Assembly: GCA_965230975.1 (NCBI GenBank)
Contig: OZ246402.1
Span: forward strand, 928,859 to 992,858
Direction of reading: 5' to 3'
Length of the DNA stretch: 64,000 nt
From: an uncultured Candidatus Saccharibacteria bacterium
GTDB taxonomy: Bacteria; Patescibacteriota; Dojkabacteria; J137
Each line of letters opens with the position of its first letter. The first letter of the stretch is position 1. Made by a program: the position numbers and the translations under genes. The notes under the pieces were generated by a model, which was given only the letters and a program-made list of their open reading frames with translations, did not search any database and was not told the DNA's origin. Positions 60,443 to 64,000 of this stretch are shown piece by piece.

Positions 60443-61399
60443 ATGAAGCCTAACAAGAAGATTTCGATTATTGTTACAGCATTTAGAGAAGAAAAAACCA
60501 TTGCTAAATGTATAGAATGTATTGCAAATAAAGAATATTCTGGGTTAACAGAAGATTATGAGATAATTTTAACTGCTCCAGATCAAGAAACTCACGCTGC
60601 CGCATCTGCCAAGGCTAAAGAACTTGGTATTGAAGAAAAACTGGTGCATTTAATTGACCCGGGTAAGGGTAAACCAACTGGTTTAAACCTAGCAATGGAC
60701 AACGCAACAGGCAGTGTTTGGGTATTTACAGATGGAGATGTTTATTTAGGGCATGACGCAATTTCAAGGTTACTTAAACATTTTAAAAATCCAAGTGTTG
60801 AAATGGTTACAGGTAGGCCAAAATCAGCAGATTCTAAAAGCAACATGATGGGTTATTTTGGCAACCTCTTGGCAGATGCGGCGCACCACAAAAGAACAAT
60901 TGATTTAACAGAAAACCCTGAAGGTAAAAGTTTGGCATTTGTAAAAAAAAGAGCATTCTTTCCTGTAACAGGATATATTTATGCAATGCGTAAAACTGAT
61001 TTAAGATTCCCTGCAGATACTTTAGTTGATGATGCATATATCTCTTATGCGGTTTTCAACGAAGGTGGCAGAATTGAATACGAACCCAATGCACTAGCTT
61101 ATGTAAAATATCCAACAAATTTAGCAGATTATTTTAAGCAAAAAAAAAGATCTACTGGTGGGTACATTCAACTTTGGGAGTACGGAATTGTTAGACCCGA
61201 TACAAAAACCAGATCTTTTTGGAGAGAGCTAGAGTACTTTTGGTACCCAATTAGTTATGCAAAAAATATTAAGGAATTATTCTTCTCACTATTAATGTAT
61301 CCAATAAGACTTTGGCTTTGGGTTCAAATATTTTGGGAAAGAAAAGTTATTAAAAAAGATTTTGTTAAAACCTGGGTTAGAGTAGAGAGTACAAAATAG
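60443..61399 (+). CDS. glycosyltransferase family 2
   Basis: SIIVTAFREE, GKPTGLN, TDGD, VDD, KQKKRS; start moved to MKPNKK. Confidence 0.9.
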   Translation: MKPNKKISIIVTAFREEKTIAKCIECIANKEYSGLTEDYEIILTAPDQETHAAASAKAKELGIEEKLVHLIDPGKGKPTGLNLAMDNATGSVWVFTDGDVYLGHDAISRLLKHFKNPSVEMVTGRPKSADSKSNMMGYFGNLLADAAHHKRTIDLTENPEGKSLAFVKKRAFFPVTGYIYAMRKTDLRFPADTLVDDAYISYAVFNEGGRIEYEPNALAYVKYPTNLADYFKQKKRSTGGYIQLWEYGIVRPDTKTRSFWRELEYFWYPISYAKNIKELFFSLLMYPIRLWLWVQIFWERKVIKKDFVKTWVRVESTK

Positions 61400-61415
61400 T
61401 TACTTCAAATTAGAT

Positions 61416-62189
61416 TTACTGTTCATACACATCAGAATAATAGTCTATATAATCTACCCATACATTAAATAAATCTGGCCTTTCAACAGCTACTTTATTA
61501 GCCATGTTTTCTGCTACATCTAAATACCACATCGCTCTTTTTATATGACTACTCATATGCCAATATGGAGTTTGCATTAACATTGCAACTATCTTCGCTT
61601 TTCGATCAACTAAATTAAATAATGAAAAAGAAAATAGTAATTCGTTTGTTGGAATATTCCCTTCTTTTGTTTTTATAAAGTCCAATTTTTTCCGTCCTCC
61701 ATGAATACGCATGTGGAAGACTCGTTCTAATCTCATCATATTTATTACTACATCCTCTTCTGTCCAGACAGGATTATTAGTGTAAGGGTCTATGGTATTA
61801 GCAAACTCCTCTAAAATATCTATTAAAGGGTAGTTTTGTAAAGTTCCATTTCTTACATTATGTCTATAAAAGATATGGTGATAATTTGAAACTCTTTCAG
61901 GAATTCTTTTTCGAAGCACTAACCTTCCTTTTCTATCTACTTCTGGAATTCTTCCCGAAATTGCTGTGTTTATAATATTAGTAACTAGTCTACTATAAGC
62001 TAGTTGATAGGAACTGTTGTTATTCGGCAATTCCGGATCTATATAAATTAAAGGATCATACTCTGGATCAATGATTAAATTTGAGTATAGATGAAATTCT
62101 TCAAATAAGGGGATTGGGGTTGTTGATTCTATAATTGAAACTGGGGGTTCAACAGGGGGCAAGCTGAATGGGGCCTGCCAGCTGTTCAT
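61416..62189 (-). CDS. hypothetical protein, possible HNH-like motif
   Basis: NYHHIFYRH ... NMMRLERVFHMRIH; Pro-rich N-terminus. Confidence 0.6.
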   Translation of the reverse strand: MNSWQAPFSLPPVEPPVSIIESTTPIPLFEEFHLYSNLIIDPEYDPLIYIDPELPNNNSSYQLAYSRLVTNIINTAISGRIPEVDRKGRLVLRKRIPERVSNYHHIFYRHNVRNGTLQNYPLIDILEEFANTIDPYTNNPVWTEEDVVINMMRLERVFHMRIHGGRKKLDFIKTKEGNIPTNELLFSFSLFNLVDRKAKIVAMLMQTPYWHMSSHIKRAMWYLDVAENMANKVAVERPDLFNVWVDYIDYYSDVYEQ

Positions 62190-62291
62190 ATAAACAGCTT
62201 TTTGAAAAAAGTAATTTCTGGTGTTTGACCTTTTATCATTAGTGAATAATTTAAAAGAAAAAATTTTTTAAGTCAAGAGTGTTTTTTTATT

Positions 62292-62735
62292 TTAATATCC
62301 AATATTTATAACTTTATACTTTTTTTGAGTTTCCGTTACTATAAATTCTGAACCAGCTTTTTTATTTAATAAATATCTACCTAAAATGGATTCTGTAGTG
62401 ATTGCATTAGAATAAATTCTTGCTCTAAATACATCTTCGTCAACCAATCGGACTTGTAACCTAGCCCCATCTTCTTTTTCTAATTCTATAGCACACCCAA
62501 TTTGAATTTTCTTAGAAGATAACCTCTTTTCACTTAAAGACTTAATCGCATTTTCTAGATTAATAATTCTAGTCTCGTTGTGTCTTTGATCTGCAACTGC
62601 AGCATCGTAAGGGAAATTTTCCCGAAATAAATCACCTAGCTCTTCAGCCCGTCTTAACTCAATTGCAATCTCTTTTCTTTTAGTTGTTTTTCTGTACTCA
62701 AGCTCTTGCTTAAGTTTTTCTAACTCTGTAGACAT
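62292..62735 (-). CDS. greA: GreA/GreB family transcription elongation factor
   Basis: GDLFRENFPYDAA, ITTESILGRYLL. Confidence 0.8.
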   Translation of the reverse strand: MSTELEKLKQELEYRKTTKRKEIAIELRRAEELGDLFRENFPYDAAVADQRHNETRIINLENAIKSLSEKRLSSKKIQIGCAIELEKEDGARLQVRLVDEDVFRARIYSNAITTESILGRYLLNKKAGSEFIVTETQKKYKVINIGY

Positions 62736-62817
62736 AAAAGTTTTAATCTTACTAAACAAGACTGATTTTAAAGAGTTTTAGAAGATTTTTTTAGTGAGGA
62801 GATACTAACTATCGAAT

Positions 62818-63525
62818 TTATACTCTAGACAAGGTTTGTGTATATTCTTTATGAAAGAACCCACTAGAAGAGTTATCTAGTAAATCAAAGAATTCTACAT
62901 CTGCATTACTAAAAGTTACATTATCTTTAATTAAGTCCAGGATTTTGTCTTTATTGTATTCAAACCAAAAATTAAGACCATAGTCTGTAGCTTTTAAAAG
63001 TTCACCTTTAGAATTATTGCAAACACAAACATTATAAAAAGTGTCTTCTACTAAATGACCATTACTATCTTTTCTTATTTGCCTTAAAGTGCCAATATTT
63101 TCAAATTCGCCAATCAAACCTGTTTCTTCTTTAACTTTTCTTTTAGCCGCATCTGTTACTAACTCAGATGGTTCTACCTTGCCAGAGATTCCTATATTAA
63201 TATCCCCATAATATGGGTGTCGTAATCTTTTTTGCATTAATATCTCTTTTTTGCCCAAATTCTCATTAAAAACAACTGCAATTACAGAAACTCTGAAAAG
63301 GCTTTTGTATTCACCTTTTATATCCATTTGAATAACGTATTTTTTGCCAAAATCTGTTAAGAAATATAGATCGTTCTCTTTTTTAAGATATTTTTTATCT
63401 AGTAAAAATCTTAAGTGGTAATTAAACAGATCTTGTTCGATATCATCTGGTTTTAAATCTGAATATCTAAGAGCATTGCCCTTTAATGCATGAGATAAAA
63501 TTTTGAGTTGAACGTAAGAAAGCAT
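62818..63525 (-). CDS. wHTH-NUDIX protein
   Basis: FNYHLRFL...YFLTDFG wHTH; GKVEPSELVTDAAKRKVKEETGL Nudix-like box. Confidence 0.85.
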   Translation of the reverse strand: MLSYVQLKILSHALKGNALRYSDLKPDDIEQDLFNYHLRFLLDKKYLKKENDLYFLTDFGKKYVIQMDIKGEYKSLFRVSVIAVVFNENLGKKEILMQKRLRHPYYGDINIGISGKVEPSELVTDAAKRKVKEETGLIGEFENIGTLRQIRKDSNGHLVEDTFYNVCVCNNSKGELLKATDYGLNFWFEYNKDKILDLIKDNVTFSNADVEFFDLLDNSSSGFFHKEYTQTLSRV

Positions 63526-63582
63526 TTAGAATTTTAGCACTTTCTAAATCTGAAAACATTGTGCCACAATACAAATTATGTA

Positions 63583-64000
63583 CTAAATTTCTAAGCTTTC
63601 TGGTATAGGAATAAATCCATAACTTAGGACCATCTGCATAAAATATTCTGGAGTTATAGTTATTTTATAGTCAAAAACTGTACCCACTTCATAGCCCGCT
63701 GACCCAATCAGACTTCTTTTATTTCTCTCAAATATTGCATGAACTGCTCCCATTAATTCTAAATTACAACTAACAGTATCTGAAAAGCTAAGTACAATGT
63801 TGCCATCGTGATCTAAGCCAATAAATCTTGCACACAAATCTTGATGAAAGCCTGTTATACCATTATATCCTCTAAACAATACTTTCGAACCCTCAAAGTT
63901 ATCTGTTTTAGGGTGTAAAGTGACAAGTTCGTTTAGTGCGGAATTATATACATTTACTAGCCTAGACGGATCTGAAGCAATTACTTGTGTTAAACCATTT
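63583..64000 (-). CDS. hypothetical protein, 5' end beyond the window
   Basis: reading frame stays open upstream of 63879 to the window edge. Confidence 0.55.
   Translation of the reverse strand, partial: NGLTQVIASDPSRLVNVYNSALNELVTLHPKTDNFEGSKVLFRGYNGITGFHQDLCARFIGLDHDGNIVLSFSDTVSCNLELMGAVHAIFERNKRSLIGSAGYEVGTVFDYKITITPEYFMQMVLSYGFIPIPESLEI

Noticed and set aside
1052-61037. Many short ORFs overlapping real genes (e.g. 1052-1252, 4666-4875, 6646-7110, 12201-12454, 24957-25256, 60834-61037)
   Set aside because: Antisense or shadow frames of well-supported genes with no independent motifs.

Overview
AT-rich bacterial window using the standard genetic code. Gene content and style suggest a Patescibacteria/CPR organism, possibly Dojkabacteria (inference only). 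The first ~31 kb is a glycolysis-fermentation supercluster: pyk, gap, pgk, flavodoxin, pfkA, 2-oxoacid oxidoreductase beta and alpha (alpha fused to a NUDIX domain), gpmI, pflB/pflA, ADP-forming acetyl-CoA synthetase, ldh, fbaB and archaeal-type tpiA. Orphan ORFs are interleaved throughout. The rest holds prmC, pyrG, a second gpmI, tgt, Hsp20 with a CIRCE-like operator, tRNA-Ser(GCT), a DUF4287/DUF1801/YdeI cluster, pyrD, MarR, an FNR-like reductase, GT2, a Gre factor and many more orphans and gene remnants. The most notable signals are: (1) a kinase-like orphan bracketed by two synonymously diverged copies of a neighbouring gene's 3' end, suggesting how orphans are inserted; (2) an identical 20-nt palindromic core present three times with covarying flanks; (3) a split duplicate of the tRNA-Ser T-arm/3' end carrying hairpin inserts; (4) the oxidoreductase-NUDIX fusion; (5) a pyruvate kinase lacking the ARGD aspartate; (6) a degenerate TsaD half-protein; (7) a cluster of RNAP alpha-CTD-like orphans. 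No CRISPR array, integrase or transposase was recognised. All family assignments are by eye, without database searches.
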